A stretch of 64,000 bases of DNA. Origin: an uncultured Gammaproteobacteria bacterium. GTDB lineage: Bacteria > Patescibacteriota > Microgenomatia > JALYQM01. A model generated the notes under the pieces. It was not told the DNA's origin. It did not search any database and saw nothing but the letters and a program-made list of their open reading frames with translations. Of the stretch, positions 18,020 through 27,530 are shown piece by piece; position 1 is the first letter of the stretch; every line of letters begins with the position of its first letter. The stretch spans positions 98,573 through 162,572 of the forward strand of contig CAZHTP010000001.1 of the NCBI GenBank assembly GCA_964535655.1, read 5' to 3'. Made by a program: the position numbers and the translations under genes.

Positions 18020-19607
18020 AATAACGTCGAACTATAAACGAGTTCTTGAGTGGATTGTTCTTGGATTACTGGTTTTTATCCCTCTTTATCCTAAATTACC
18101 TTTATTTGATGTTGCTTTTACCTGGACGTATATCAGGCTTGAAGATGTTTTTGTTGCGATTTCGTATGTGGCACTTTTTATAGCACTTCTGACAAGGAAA
18201 ACCTCTGTTCGTAACTTTTTATTAAAACCAATTGTTTTATTCTGGATAATTGGTCTACTTTCTACCGTTGTAGCTTTACTAACTCTTGGTAGACAAGATA
18301 ATTGGGCTATTTTTAAACCTCATTTAATTGTATTGAATTATCTTCGTCGTTTTGAATATCTTGGTGTGTTGTTTCTTGCGGTTGCTGCTTTTTCAGATAG
18401 AAAAGGAGTAAAAAGAGCAGCGATTGCGTTACTTGTTGGTATGGTGGGAGTGATACTGTATGGATTTGGTCAAAAATACGCTGGTTTTTGTAGCTATCTT
18501 ACTATGAATGAGGAGTTTGCGAAAGGAACGTGCATTCCGCTTCAGCCAGGAACTCGTGTTTCGGCAACTTTTGGAGGCCATTATGATTTAGCTGGATATC
18601 TGGTTTTTGTCTTACCAATTGTTATTAGCATGGTTTTTGTAGTTAAATCGACATTCTGGAAACTCTTTTTAAGCACAGTAACCCTGTTTGGATTTTTCTT
18701 GCTTCTTTTGACTTCATCTCGAATTTCTTTTCCTGCTGTTATCGCCGCTTTAGGCATAGTACTCGCAATTAATGTCAAGAATAAGAAAAAATTATTTATA
18801 GGTTTCTGCGTGATTGCTGTTTTAACCTTGATTTTTGGAAGAACAACTATTGTTGATCGCCTGGGTAAAACGATTAGAGTTAAGCAAGTGACGGTTGATA
18901 TGTCGACTGGCAGAATATTAGAGCAGCCGACTACACACAAAGACTGGGCAGGACTTCCCGAAAGTGATCGGGCAATTATTTTGCCGTTTCTGAAAGGTGA
19001 AGCTACCCCGTCTGCTTTTATAGTTTCTAAGCATGAGAAGGGAAGCCAAGATGAAATTCCTGTTTCAACTGAATCTGGCGTAAAGCGGAATACTGTTGAA
19101 GTTCCTCAAGCAGGGACAATTGAGCAAATCGGGTCTGATAAAAAAGAGATTATTGAAGAAGTGCGGGAAGTAAGAGGCAGATACGAACTAAAATACGCGT
19201 TAGTGTTGGATATCTCTTTTACCACTCGCTTTGATGGAGAATGGCCTCATGCAATGACTGCATTTTTATCTCATCCTATACTCGGGCAAGGGTATTCAAC
19301 GGTTACTGCCGCTGTTGATAGCAGTTATATTCGGGCATTAGCAGAAGTAGGCCTTCTGGGATTTGTAAGTTTCTTTGCTATTTTATTGATCTTTCTCAAG
19401 CGTTCGTTTGATTATGTTTTGAGATCGAAGGATCTGTTTTATAGAATGTTTGTTACTGGAGTTGCCTCTGGTGTTATTGGCCTTCTCATAAATGGATTAC
19501 TTATCGATATTTTTGAGGCATCAAAAGTTGCCTTTATGTTGTGGTTGTGTATCGGAGTCTCTGTTTGGATAATGGAGAGAGGTGATTCTCACGCTGACTC
19601 TTTATGA
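18006..19607 (+). CDS. Polytopic membrane protein of the Wzy_C / O-antigen ligase (WaaL/PglL-like) family with a large extracytoplasmic loop.
   Basis: At least ten predicted TM helices are present. The conserved C-terminal region HAMTAFLSHPILGQGYS...YIRALAEVGLLGF is typical of Wzy_C-domain ligases/polymerases. Confidence 0.65.
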   Translation: MMESKITSNYKRVLEWIVLGLLVFIPLYPKLPLFDVAFTWTYIRLEDVFVAISYVALFIALLTRKTSVRNFLLKPIVLFWIIGLLSTVVALLTLGRQDNWAIFKPHLIVLNYLRRFEYLGVLFLAVAAFSDRKGVKRAAIALLVGMVGVILYGFGQKYAGFCSYLTMNEEFAKGTCIPLQPGTRVSATFGGHYDLAGYLVFVLPIVISMVFVVKSTFWKLFLSTVTLFGFFLLLLTSSRISFPAVIAALGIVLAINVKNKKKLFIGFCVIAVLTLIFGRTTIVDRLGKTIRVKQVTVDMSTGRILEQPTTHKDWAGLPESDRAIILPFLKGEATPSAFIVSKHEKGSQDEIPVSTESGVKRNTVEVPQAGTIEQIGSDKKEIIEEVREVRGRYELKYALVLDISFTTRFDGEWPHAMTAFLSHPILGQGYSTVTAAVDSSYIRALAEVGLLGFVSFFAILLIFLKRSFDYVLRSKDLFYRMFVTGVASGVIGLLINGLLIDIFEASKVAFMLWLCIGVSVWIMERGDSHADSL

Positions 19608-21034
19608 AAAAATACTTGCTTGCTTTAATTATTGGATTAATTCCGCTCGGCATTTTTCTTTTTGGTTCCACTTTAACCAATTATTTTGTTTCAGATGATT
19701 TTATCTGGTTACTGCATGCCAAGCGTGATACATTCTATGATTTCTCACGCTATCTTATTGATTCACAAGGATTTTTTTATCGTCCTTTTACTAAAATGTA
19801 TTTTTTCTGGATGTGGAGATGGTTTAGTGTCGATCCGTATCCATATCATGTTGCTAGTGTATTTTTACACGGAATTAATGCCATTTTAGTATACGTACTT
19901 TCATTTTCTATGCTGCGAATATTCTTCATGAGGACTAAAGATGATAAGAAAGCAATATTCTCCTTTGTGACCGCAATTCTTTTTTTTATTCATCCGATTC
20001 ATCAGGAAAATATACTTTGGATCAGTGCGGTGACTGAGTTGTTCCCTGCGTTGTTCTTGTTGCTTGCGCTTATTATTTTTACCATTACTCGCGATAAGGG
20101 ATTTACCTTATTTTCTGGATTTCTATTCTTTCTTTGTTTCTCACTCGGACTTATGAGTCATGAGTATGTTGTGATTTTTCCCCTCCTGGTTTTTATTACT
20201 CACTATTTTAGTGTTTTACAAAAGAGAGAGCTTGTTTCTTTAAAGCAGCTTATATGTATATTTAGCATGCATAAAAAATTGTACGTGGGGTTATTGATGA
20301 TAGATCTGGTATATCTTGCTTTGCGTGCTCAAGCTAATTCTCATTGGAGTGGTGGGGATTACAGTTATAACCTGGTTAAACTGCCGTTTAATTTTATCGG
20401 GAATTTGACTGGCTATATTGGGCTTGATATTGTTGGAGTGCCGTTTATTTATTTCTACCAGGGTGTTCGGGATATCATGAAGAACAATATGGTGCTTGCC
20501 GGTATTCTGCTTATAGTTTTCTGTTCTGGACTTGTGTATCTTTATTGGTTTGCAATGCGAAATAGAGATTATCAATCCGAGCTGCAGCTAGAGCGGTTTG
20601 TTTTATATATTTTCCTGTTTTTTGTAACTGCCTTACTGCCTTTTTTAGGGTTAGGTGGAATTGCAGAACGATATGTGTATTTGCCTTCTTTTGCAGTACT
20701 ACTTTTCTTGAGTTTATTTTTGTACTGGATTATTCGTTATTTTGAAGTCCCAACCACTAGTTATCTAAAATGGTATTGGTGTATTTTTATTCTCATTGCC
20801 GGGATATATATCTACGCAGCCAAATCTGATCAGTCGGATTGGAAAATAGCAAGTGATTTTGTTTATGGAAGACTTAGTGAATTTAGAACTTATTGTGGAA
20901 AATTTGAATCTAATCAATTGATTAGTAGAGTTTCTCCTCCTAATCGCGTGGGGCGTGCCTGGGTTTTTCAGGTTGGGTATGAACAAGGCGCTAATGTTCT
21001 TTGTGATAAAAATATTAAGATATTATTAAACTAA
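19604..21034 (+). CDS. Polytopic GT-C-fold membrane glycosyltransferase-like protein (PMT/ArnT/YfhO-like).
   Basis: Many TM helices are present, together with an N-terminal extracytoplasmic loop bearing acidic residues (VSDDFIWL). Family assignment is tentative. Confidence 0.5.
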   Translation: MKKYLLALIIGLIPLGIFLFGSTLTNYFVSDDFIWLLHAKRDTFYDFSRYLIDSQGFFYRPFTKMYFFWMWRWFSVDPYPYHVASVFLHGINAILVYVLSFSMLRIFFMRTKDDKKAIFSFVTAILFFIHPIHQENILWISAVTELFPALFLLLALIIFTITRDKGFTLFSGFLFFLCFSLGLMSHEYVVIFPLLVFITHYFSVLQKRELVSLKQLICIFSMHKKLYVGLLMIDLVYLALRAQANSHWSGGDYSYNLVKLPFNFIGNLTGYIGLDIVGVPFIYFYQGVRDIMKNNMVLAGILLIVFCSGLVYLYWFAMRNRDYQSELQLERFVLYIFLFFVTALLPFLGLGGIAERYVYLPSFAVLLFLSLFLYWIIRYFEVPTTSYLKWYWCIFILIAGIYIYAAKSDQSDWKIASDFVYGRLSEFRTYCGKFESNQLISRVSPPNRVGRAWVFQVGYEQGANVLCDKNIKILLN

Positions 21035-21049
21035 TGCTATACTTTTGCT

Positions 21050-22606
21050 ATGAACAAATATGTCCTCGGTGGAATTCTTTTACTTAGCCTTGTTGCCAGG
21101 TTGTATCATTTTAATAATCCAATGGCTGATTTACACTCTTGGCGTCAGTCGGATACGGCATCGGTTGCTCGAAACTTAGTGCGAAGCAATTTTGATGTAT
21201 TACATCCACAGATTGAAAGCGCTGTCAGTATTGATGGGATAGGTCGCGATAACACCACGCGCTATCATTTTGCTGAGTTTCCGATATATCAGGCAGCTGT
21301 TGCTGCAGTAAGTTATCCAGTTGCACAAATCCATCATGGCACTTTAACTCAAAATGTTGTTTTAGCTGGTCGAATTGTTTCTACTTTCTCTTCGCTTATT
21401 GCGATTATTGGGCTTTACTTACTCTGTACTCGATATTATTCAGATAAAGTGGCGTTACTTGCTGCGTTTGTATATGGACTGCTACCGTACAATATTTTTT
21501 GGTCGCGCGCAGTTTTACCGGATAGCATGATGGTGATGTTCTGTCTTTTTATGCTCTATTGGTTCGATGTATGGATTCGGGGTGAAGATGAGCATCATCA
21601 CCGATTGTTAACACTAAAAAGCTGGTCGTTTTGGCTCGCTTTGATTTGTTTTGCCCTGGCGCTACTCCTTAAGGCTTTTGTGCCATTTCTTTTGTTGCCA
21701 GTGGCCTATATTGTATGGAAGCGATTTGGGCTTGCTGCGGTAAAACAGCCAGCTTTATGGATCTTTGCAATACTGGCTGTAATGCCTTTTGTTGGATGGA
21801 GAATATGGATGCAAAATTGGCCATTTTCTATACCAGCTAGTGGATGGCTGTTTGATGGAAATAAAGTTCGGCTCCGCCCTGCTTGGTGGCATTGGATAGT
21901 ACAAGTTCGACTTGACCAATTCATGTTTAATGCAACGGGTCTGTTTTTGATAGGTTTAGGATTGTTCTTCTATAAAGAGATTACCGAAGTGCATTTTCAT
22001 ATCATCAGTAAGAAACGTAAGGACGCTGAAAAATACGTATGGTATTTACCGCTTTGTTTATTATCCTGTTTTATTTATTTAATAGTTTTCGCTACAGGAA
22101 ATACGCAGCATGAATACTACCAACTTCCCATAACTCCATTTGGTTCCATACTTGTTGCCGTGGGTTTTTGGTATTTGTGGAGAAAAATGGGGTCTTATTT
22201 GGAAATGGTAATGCGTAGATTGCTGGCGCTGGCTTTTATTGCAATTACTTTGATGCTTGGATGGTATTCAGTAAGAGATTGGTACATTATTGGCAATCCT
22301 GCTTTAGTAACCGTTGGTGAACGGGCAGACCAAATTCTTCCTAAGAATGCGCAAGTTATTGCCGATTATGGAGGAGATACAACGTTTCTCTATTATGTTA
22401 ATCGGAAGGGATGGAGTGTCCGGGATAAACAGTTGCAGGAAATCATTGATCGTGGTGCTACCGTATATGTTTCGATGCATCGGGACGATTATATAAATAA
22501 ATTGGCAAGGCTCTACAAAGTTATTGATGAAACCCCAGAGTATGTCATGATAGATTTATTGCATCGCAGGGGAGACTGGACAGGAATAAAAGATTACGAG
22601 CTCTAA
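21050..22606 (+). CDS. GT-C-fold membrane glycosyltransferase (ArnT/PMT family, GT39/GT83-like).
   Basis: The N-terminal LYHFNNP...HSWRQSDTASVARN loop motif typical of ArnT/PMT enzymes is present, with 10 or more TM helices. Confidence 0.65.
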   Translation: MNKYVLGGILLLSLVARLYHFNNPMADLHSWRQSDTASVARNLVRSNFDVLHPQIESAVSIDGIGRDNTTRYHFAEFPIYQAAVAAVSYPVAQIHHGTLTQNVVLAGRIVSTFSSLIAIIGLYLLCTRYYSDKVALLAAFVYGLLPYNIFWSRAVLPDSMMVMFCLFMLYWFDVWIRGEDEHHHRLLTLKSWSFWLALICFALALLLKAFVPFLLLPVAYIVWKRFGLAAVKQPALWIFAILAVMPFVGWRIWMQNWPFSIPASGWLFDGNKVRLRPAWWHWIVQVRLDQFMFNATGLFLIGLGLFFYKEITEVHFHIISKKRKDAEKYVWYLPLCLLSCFIYLIVFATGNTQHEYYQLPITPFGSILVAVGFWYLWRKMGSYLEMVMRRLLALAFIAITLMLGWYSVRDWYIIGNPALVTVGERADQILPKNAQVIADYGGDTTFLYYVNRKGWSVRDKQLQEIIDRGATVYVSMHRDDYINKLARLYKVIDETPEYVMIDLLHRRGDWTGIKDYEL

Positions 22607-22609
22607 AAT

Positions 22610-23863
22610 ATGAAGATATTACTTATTTTTCCTCTCTGTCCGTTGCCTCTTAACTCAGGTGGGCAAATTCGTGTATGGAATATTGCACGGGAACTTCGTA
22701 ATTTTCATATCATCGATCTTGTGTGTTTTATCCGTGATGATGCTGAAAAAAAATATGAAGCCGAATTGAAAACAGTATTCAATTCCGTCACATTTATTAA
22801 ACGGAAAAAGTTGTTTGATCGTTCGATGTTGGTTCAGGGTGGATTATCTGCAATAACTTTTTTTCAATCTAACTTAGAGTTATTATTCTCCGCACTATTT
22901 TCAGGCAGGCCTCTTCTTGGGCATTTATATGATTCTGAGGAAATGCGTGAATACATTCTGAAGGTCGATATCGAAACGAAATACGATCTATTTTATGCTG
23001 AAACTTTTTACGGTATTGCTTCATTAAAGATTATTTTATCTCAGATTAAAACTAAGATCCTCTTACTTGATCAAAATATTGAGTCAGTTGCCTACGAACG
23101 CCAATCGAAACAACAAAAAAATCTTATTGTTCGTATGCTCATGTATTTGGATGTACTAAAGATTAGACGAGAGGAAGAATTCTTTTGGAATTCAGTGGAA
23201 ATGGTTGGCGCATTATCTGATGTAGATAGGAGGTACATTGAGCAGAGAACAAGTAAAAAAGCATTGCTTGTTGAAAATGGTGTTGATAGTGCGTGGTTTT
23301 CTCAAAAAGTTACCGAAAGAGTTACTTCAGAGATCCTATTTGTGGGTACATTTTCCTATTTTCAAAATGTCGATTCCTTAAAATGGTTTCTTGATTCAAT
23401 ATGGCCCCGCATAGTTGTTAAGACTAACATGTCTTTATCGTTGCATATTGTTGGTCGTGGAGCGGATGCTGCCTTGAAAGAATATGTATCGGGATTGGGA
23501 TATACGATCGATGAGTCGGTTGATGATATTCGTTATGCGTTTCAGAGAGCAACGTTGCTTGCGGGACCGATACGGGCTGGAAGTGGAACTAAATATAAAG
23601 TGCTTGAAGCGATGGCCTCAGGGTTACCCGTTCTTACTACGCCTGTTGGTGCCGAAGGGCTTGGAATTACTCCTGGTACAGAAATGCTGGTCGCACAAGA
23701 AGAAGAGCAGTTCGCTGAACTTGCTATACAGCTTTTACAAAATGAAAAACTGCGGGAAACAATTGGCATGGCGGGGTATTTGTTTGTAAAAGAAGCCTAT
23801 GATTGGAAGACGATTGTAAAAAAGTTTGTTATGCAGCTTAATGGTAGTACTTCGTGTCAATAA
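22610..23863 (+). CDS. Family GT4 glycosyltransferase.
   Basis: [23 protein letters not shown] matches the GT4 C-terminal nucleotide-sugar binding motif. Confidence 0.8.
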   Translation: MKILLIFPLCPLPLNSGGQIRVWNIARELRNFHIIDLVCFIRDDAEKKYEAELKTVFNSVTFIKRKKLFDRSMLVQGGLSAITFFQSNLELLFSALFSGRPLLGHLYDSEEMREYILKVDIETKYDLFYAETFYGIASLKIILSQIKTKILLLDQNIESVAYERQSKQQKNLIVRMLMYLDVLKIRREEEFFWNSVEMVGALSDVDRRYIEQRTSKKALLVENGVDSAWFSQKVTERVTSEILFVGTFSYFQNVDSLKWFLDSIWPRIVVKTNMSLSLHIVGRGADAALKEYVSGLGYTIDESVDDIRYAFQRATLLAGPIRAGSGTKYKVLEAMASGLPVLTTPVGAEGLGITPGTEMLVAQEEEQFAELAIQLLQNEKLRETIGMAGYLFVKEAYDWKTIVKKFVMQLNGSTSCQ

Positions 23864-23896
23864 GCGGGTGTTTTAGTATAATGCTCCTAGCGATTT

Positions 23897-24823
23897 ATGA
23901 CAGATATCTCAATTATTATCTTAAACTACAATACTCGTGATTTGCTTGCGCAAACTCTTAATTCGATCAGTCGCGAGCTTTCGGCTGATATTGGTATTGA
24001 GATTATTGTAAGCGATAATGGGTCGACAGACGGATCAGTAGAGATGATCCGAACTAACTTTCCTTGGGTTGGACTCCTTGAGAATAACGCAAACCTGGGT
24101 TTCTCGGCAGGCAATAATCGGGGAGTGCCCATTTCTAAGGGACGATATGTGTTATTCCTTAATTCAGATGTTCAAGTTGTTGGTGATGCGATTCACTATG
24201 TATATACACAAATGGAGGCAGATGCCTCAATAGGAATTGGGACATGTTACGTTGAACTTTCGTCAGGAGGAATTGATCCTGCTTGTCATCGTGGATTTCC
24301 CACTCCATGGCGCGCTTTCTGTTATTATAGCTCATTAGAGAGATTTGCTTCAAAGCTTCCTACTTCGGGGACTGGTTTATTACTGAGAAAATGGCTAGGT
24401 GGATATCATTTACTTGAAAAGCCGCTTGACTGCGCTCATGAGATAGATTCATGTACCGGCGCTTTTTTGCTTGTTCGACGTGATGTAGGGGAGAGTATTA
24501 AGTGGTGGGATGAGGATTTCTTTATGTATGGTGAGGATTTAGATTTTTGTTATAAGGTGAAGGAATTAGGTAAAAAAGTGATGTTTTTCCCACAAGTAAA
24601 AATACTTCACTTTAAACACCAAAGTGGTCTTAAAAAGAACGATTCAGTAGTGAAGGTGGATGTTCGTGCGATTAAACGAAAAACGACGATTGCATTTTAT
24701 GATGCGATGAAGATTTTTTATACTAAGCATTACACCACTAAATATCCAGCCTGGTTAACAGGGTTAGTTTTACTGTTTATTTCCATTAAGAAACAACGAG
24801 CATTACAAAAAATACATTCGTGA
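23897..24823 (+). CDS. Family GT2 glycosyltransferase.
   Basis: ISIIILNYNTRDLL..IIVSDNGSTDGS..FLNSDV matches the GT2 signature. Confidence 0.85.
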   Translation: MTDISIIILNYNTRDLLAQTLNSISRELSADIGIEIIVSDNGSTDGSVEMIRTNFPWVGLLENNANLGFSAGNNRGVPISKGRYVLFLNSDVQVVGDAIHYVYTQMEADASIGIGTCYVELSSGGIDPACHRGFPTPWRAFCYYSSLERFASKLPTSGTGLLLRKWLGGYHLLEKPLDCAHEIDSCTGAFLLVRRDVGESIKWWDEDFFMYGEDLDFCYKVKELGKKVMFFPQVKILHFKHQSGLKKNDSVVKVDVRAIKRKTTIAFYDAMKIFYTKHYTTKYPAWLTGLVLLFISIKKQRALQKIHS

Positions 24824-24832
24824 AAGGACTGT

Positions 24833-25546
24833 ATGCATCCAATTTTTAAGCGAGTTTTGGTTAAGATGTCTGGGGAAGCATTTTCTGGAGAACAAGATTA
24901 TGGGGTCGATCCAAAATCTCTTGAATATTTTGCTCATGAGTTAAAAAGCATAGCTGACTTAGGGGTTCAAGTTGCTGTAGTAGTGGGTGGAGGGAATATT
25001 TGGCGTGGCGAAGGTAAGGGCAAAGAGCATATGGACCAGGCACAGAGTCATTTTATGGGAATGCTTGCTACAGTTATTAATACGTTGGCGCTGCAGGATG
25101 CGCTTGAACAACTTGAAGTTCCAACGCGAGCAATGACTGCATTGCAAATAGAATCGGTAGCCGAGCCATATATCAGGCGGAAAGCAATTCGTCATTTGGA
25201 AAAGGGTAGAGTAGTGGTGCTTGGCGGCGGAACAGGAAACCCATTTTTTACTACCGACAGTGCGGCAGCGCTTAGAGCTGCTGAGATTCATGCCGAAGTT
25301 CTGTTGATGTCAAAAAATGGAGTTGATGGCGTGTATACAGCAGACCCAAAAATTGATCCGGCTGCAACAAAATTGGATACCCTTGAGTATATGCAAGCAA
25401 TTAACTCTAACTTACGAGTAATGGATACTACTGCTTTGGCATTTGCCAAGGAACGAATGTTACCAATGGTGGTTTTTAATGGTAAAGAGCCAGGCCTTCT
25501 TAAGAAAATTATTATTGGTGAAAAAATTGGGAGTAGAATTAGTTAA
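24833..25546 (+). CDS. pyrH: UMP kinase PyrH.
   Basis: KRVLVKMSGEAF...VAVVVGGGNIWRG...GNPFFTTDSAAALRA match the conserved PyrH motifs. Confidence 0.9.
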   Translation: MHPIFKRVLVKMSGEAFSGEQDYGVDPKSLEYFAHELKSIADLGVQVAVVVGGGNIWRGEGKGKEHMDQAQSHFMGMLATVINTLALQDALEQLEVPTRAMTALQIESVAEPYIRRKAIRHLEKGRVVVLGGGTGNPFFTTDSAAALRAAEIHAEVLLMSKNGVDGVYTADPKIDPAATKLDTLEYMQAINSNLRVMDTTALAFAKERMLPMVVFNGKEPGLLKKIIIGEKIGSRIS

Positions 25547-25550
25547 TTGA

Positions 25551-26675
25551 TTGGCTATGAAAATTGGAATTGACGCGCGACTTTATATGGAATCGGGTAA
25601 TGGTAGATATTTAAGAAATTTGCTTATACAGTTACGTCTCAACGATCATAAAAATTCGTACGTTGTATTTTGTCTTAAGAAGGATTTTGAAACAATTCGG
25701 AATGTACTCTCGGGTGACAACTGGAAAATTGTGGTTGCTGATTATCGGTGGTATTCTTTTAGCGAACAGTTACTATTCCCTTTTATTTTGTATCGTGAGT
25801 GGGTAGACTTATTGCATTTTCCGCACTTTAACATGCCAGTTTTATATGTAAAACCGTTTGTGGTTACTATTCACGATCTTACTCATTTTGCCTTCGCAAT
25901 GAAACGCGCTTCCACCCATTCTTTTGTTACTTACTATATTAAGCATCAGGCGTACAGTTTTGTTTTCTGGTACGCAATAACATGGAGTAAGAAGATCTTC
26001 ACGGTATCTAGCTATGTGAAGGACGATATTTTGCGTAAGTTTAATTGTGATAAAAATAAGATTATTGTAACGTATGAGTCTGCAGAGAAACCGTTACTTG
26101 TTGCTCAGGATGAAATGAAAGAAGTAGTAAAACGATTAAAAATAAAAGAGCCTTTTTTCCTGTATGTGGGAAATGCGCATCCACATAAGAACATTGAATT
26201 TCTCTTACAATCATTTTCTGAACTACAGAAGTCGGTTTCTCCCGTGCATCTTGTCCTGGCTGGAAAAGAAAATTACTTCTGGACTAAATTACTCGAGTGG
26301 GGAAAAGAGTATAAAATGATATCAAATGTTTCGTATTTGGGTTTTGTACCTGATACTGATTTAGCTGTTCTATATAGTAAAGCAATTGGGTTTGTTTTTC
26401 CTTCGCTTTCAGAAGGATTTGGGTTGCCGGTACTTGAAGCAATGTCGTATGGATGCCCGGTAATTTGTTCTGAATTGACCAGTATTCCTGAGGTTGCGGG
26501 AGATGCGGCGGTTTACATTGATCCAAAAAATATTGATTCTTTAGTTCGCGCAATGCACATGCTGTATTCTTCTTCAGATATTCGTCTTGAGTGTAAACAG
26601 TTAGGTTTTTCTCAAGTTAAAAAATTCAGTTGGGAAGAGATGGGAAAATCTACATTATCCAATTACTTAGGTTGA
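25551..26675 (+). CDS. Family GT4 glycosyltransferase.
   Basis: [27 protein letters not shown] matches the GT4 signature. Confidence 0.85.
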   Translation: MAMKIGIDARLYMESGNGRYLRNLLIQLRLNDHKNSYVVFCLKKDFETIRNVLSGDNWKIVVADYRWYSFSEQLLFPFILYREWVDLLHFPHFNMPVLYVKPFVVTIHDLTHFAFAMKRASTHSFVTYYIKHQAYSFVFWYAITWSKKIFTVSSYVKDDILRKFNCDKNKIIVTYESAEKPLLVAQDEMKEVVKRLKIKEPFFLYVGNAHPHKNIEFLLQSFSELQKSVSPVHLVLAGKENYFWTKLLEWGKEYKMISNVSYLGFVPDTDLAVLYSKAIGFVFPSLSEGFGLPVLEAMSYGCPVICSELTSIPEVAGDAAVYIDPKNIDSLVRAMHMLYSSSDIRLECKQLGFSQVKKFSWEEMGKSTLSNYLG

Positions 26676-27370
26676 TTTGGATCTGAACCATTAACATACT
26701 GATCGTAGGGTGTGGTATATCCTTGTCCCTGTTGTTGTCCACCGTTTGATTGTGCCCATCCGGATGTATCTGCTGCTGGTGTGTTGCTGAAGTTGTCTGG
26801 CTGGTATGGAGGGTATGTTGGATTACTTGGTGGTGCTGGCATGGTGTAGTTTGTGCTTTGTTTCTGTCGGCTTAATATAACCCAAACAATTCCAATTATG
26901 AGCAAGATTGTTCCAACCACTGCGCCGATTATTAGTCCGATATTAGAAGCTCCTTTTGTTGCTGGTTTTGGTGTTGGAGATAAAGTGGGGGTTGTTTGAC
27001 CAGGAATATCTATGTCAAATGTTGGTGCAGGTGTTTCAGTTTCTTGCGCTACGGTTGTTGCGGTTACGGTGGGAAACGGTGTGAAAGTTGCTTGTGTTGT
27101 AACTGTTGGAAATGGTGTTGCGGTGGCAATTGGCGTACCGGTTCCATTATCATCTTCGAGTGGCTCGTCGGGTGGCTCTGTAGCGTTAGGATTGGTGGTA
27201 CCAATCACTTCGTCGGAGGGATCAACCGCTCCTGCGAATGCGTTGTCCTTTTTTTGTAGGTTTGCCGCTATTCGAGGAGATTGGCTAATAATTGTACATA
27301 CAAGAAAAATCCCTATTATTGTTAGGGCAATTAAGAGGGTTTTATAGGATTGATCTTCACGTCTGCTCAT
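26663..27370 (-). CDS. Bitopic membrane protein with a roughly 130-aa Thr/Pro-rich mucin-like extracytoplasmic segment and a Gln/Gly/Tyr/Pro-rich cytoplasmic tail.
   Basis: The first TM is LLIALTIIGIFLVCTIIS. It is followed by the TATPFPTVTTQATFTPFPTVTATTV...TPTLSPTPKP region. The second TM is IGLIIGAVVGTILLIIGIVWVIL. The tail reads PPSNPTYPPYQP...GGQQQGQGYTTPY. The gene is convergent with the last GT4 gene. Confidence 0.65.
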   Translation of the reverse strand: MSRREDQSYKTLLIALTIIGIFLVCTIISQSPRIAANLQKKDNAFAGAVDPSDEVIGTTNPNATEPPDEPLEDDNGTGTPIATATPFPTVTTQATFTPFPTVTATTVAQETETPAPTFDIDIPGQTTPTLSPTPKPATKGASNIGLIIGAVVGTILLIIGIVWVILSRQKQSTNYTMPAPPSNPTYPPYQPDNFSNTPAADTSGWAQSNGGQQQGQGYTTPYDQYVNGSDPNQPK

Positions 27371-27530
27371 CTGGATTCTATCGTAACACTATCTTTTTCT
27401 GGGAGTCAACTATAGTATTTATGCTTCATTGACGAATGCAAATTCTCTGCGTTACGAGTAGCTCAATTCGCATTCAGTTAGCGACTTTACATATATTATA
27501 TACTAGAAGTATACGAATACTGGAGGAGTT

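Noticed and set aside
27012-27347. 111-aa + strand ORF rich in Gly, Val and Ala.
   Set aside because: It is the antisense mirror of the Thr/Pro-rich coding region. Codons for Thr and Pro read as Gly and Val on the opposite strand. It has no start signals.
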